DNA of 64,000 nt from Felis catus (lineage: Eukaryota), in the NCBI RefSeq assembly GCF_018350175.1, contig NC_058368.1, positions 208,508,001-208,572,000 of the forward strand. Direction: 5' to 3'. Under the pieces are notes generated by a model. It was not told the origin of the DNA and searched no databases. It was given only the letters and a program-made list of their open reading frames with translations. The translations under genes were made by a program, and so were the position numbers. This document shows, one piece after another, positions 62,660 to 64,000 of this stretch. Numbering within the stretch: the first letter of the stretch is position 1; each line of letters opens with the position of its first letter.

Positions 62660-63950
62660 TGCCTTCTACAAAGCTTCTTTGAATACTTTTATCGGGGTTT
62701 TCTCTTCACTCACCACTGACAGCCTCACCCCCACAATCCAGTCTTTGCACCAGCCGACATGGCCCGATTGCACAGTAGGTCTCCACATCACTCCAAACAT
62801 CTTCATTACCAAGATCTCCAGCTGTGGAGTTGTCTTCACAGACTACCATCTCTCTGTCTTCTATCTCTCTCATTCCTTATTCCTATCGAGCCTAACCTTC
62901 CACATCAAGGCATCCCTCCTATTCTTTTCCTTTAGTCCCTCTGGTTTCATTTCTATCCCTATTCAGCCTAAACTTCAAGTCACTTATTTCAACAATGCCC
63001 TGTCTAGATGATCTTATTTGAACTCCTGACTCTGGGAATTCCCCTGCCTCTCCATTCTCCATTCCCCTCCAAGAGCAATTGACACTCACTGGAAAGACCA
63101 ATTCAGTACAAATGCCCATTCTTTTACTCCCACGGCCCCTTCCTTGTGCTTGAGACCCTCTTCCTGCAGCATTTCCCAAGGATATTCAAAACTCATCACC
63201 ATATTCCTTCCATGTATCATGATTTTCTTGCAACTTTTATTGGTGTCTAAACCCACCTCTTTCTCTACCTATCATCAAACTGTAGTGCCATGTCTGGCTG
63301 ATTTCATCTCCACAATAATTTTTAAATAATTCTCTTCCTTTCAGTTGCAGTTGGTTATTACCAAAGTCCCAGTTCATTCCCACACAATCTCTGCTTAGCA
63401 GTTTCAAAAGACCTCATCCTGCTCACCTAACCCTTAGCCTCCCCTTTCCATTCATTCAATCCTGCAATCATTTCAGTCCTCTGAAGAAGCCTTCAGTGGC
63501 CCTTGTTAACTACTGACTGAACTACACAGCCCACAGCCTGCACAAATCCTCTACGACAAAGCCCCAACCTGCTTTTCCAGTCTCATCCCATGCCATTCTT
63601 CCATTTTTAGGCCAAAATGGAAACACACATCGTTTTCACACTTCTACACTTTGGTCAATTCCCATCCAGCCCTATCTGGCTTTCAAACTTCTACCATTTT
63701 TCTAGGTTCTTCTCCAATGCCATCTCTTCCATAGAGGCTCACTGGTCAGTGATCTTTCTTCCCTTCAGGCTCCTCAGTAGTAGATTGTTGGGTCACCAAG
63801 AGTGAATTTATCTCACTCTGCTTTGGAGTTTACTTCTATACTTATCTATATTGGAAGCTTCTTTAGGAGCCTTATTTTTTAACTTTGTATTTCTACAGGA
63901 TTTGGAAAGTGCCTTCCATAATATAGGAATGGAATAAATACTTGTGCAAA
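62660..63950 (+). mobile_element. Degraded L2 LINE
   Basis: Pyrimidine-rich L2-like body and degenerate 3' end TTTGTATTTC...AGTGCCT...ATAGG...AATAAATACTTG. Confidence 0.6.
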
Positions 63951-64000
63951 GGAAAAAAAAAGAGTAACACAGCCAGCTGGATCTTGCATTTCAGTTTTCT

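Noticed and set aside
1..64000. CRISPR arrays, operons or other prokaryotic systems
   Set aside because: The sequence is mammalian; repeats are dispersed retroelements and microsatellites with no repeat-spacer periodicity.

Overview
Mammalian, non-coding, repeat-rich DNA, almost certainly from a cat-family (Felidae) genome, judged from about 25 carnivore tRNA-derived SINEs including three near-identical young SINEC_Fc-type copies. I found no recognisable host protein-coding exon. ORFs in the track with recognisable protein similarity are LINE-1 ORF1/ORF2 remnants; the rest read through SINEs, microsatellites or ordinary non-coding DNA. The window also holds four sizeable L1 insertions (one near full length with a large internal deletion), ancient L1M/L2/CR1/MIR fragments, MaLR/ERVL/MER21 solo LTRs, hAT and Tigger DNA-transposon MITEs (several nested), and many microsatellites. 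Candidate functional sequence is limited to CpG-enriched enhancer-like blocks near 25.2-26.8 kb and 28.0-29.1 kb, a 24-nt microexon-like unit on +, a 73-nt non-coding exon-like unit on -, and motif clusters near 7.9 kb and 48.4 kb. The most interesting observations are a probable ectopic gene-conversion tract between two L1 copies 10 kb apart, a twin-primed inverted L1 insertion, a fold-back micro-inversion in an L1, and a deletion breakpoint inside a SINE. I do not see convincing evidence for a new biological system. Repeat family names come from recalled consensus sequences, not from a search.
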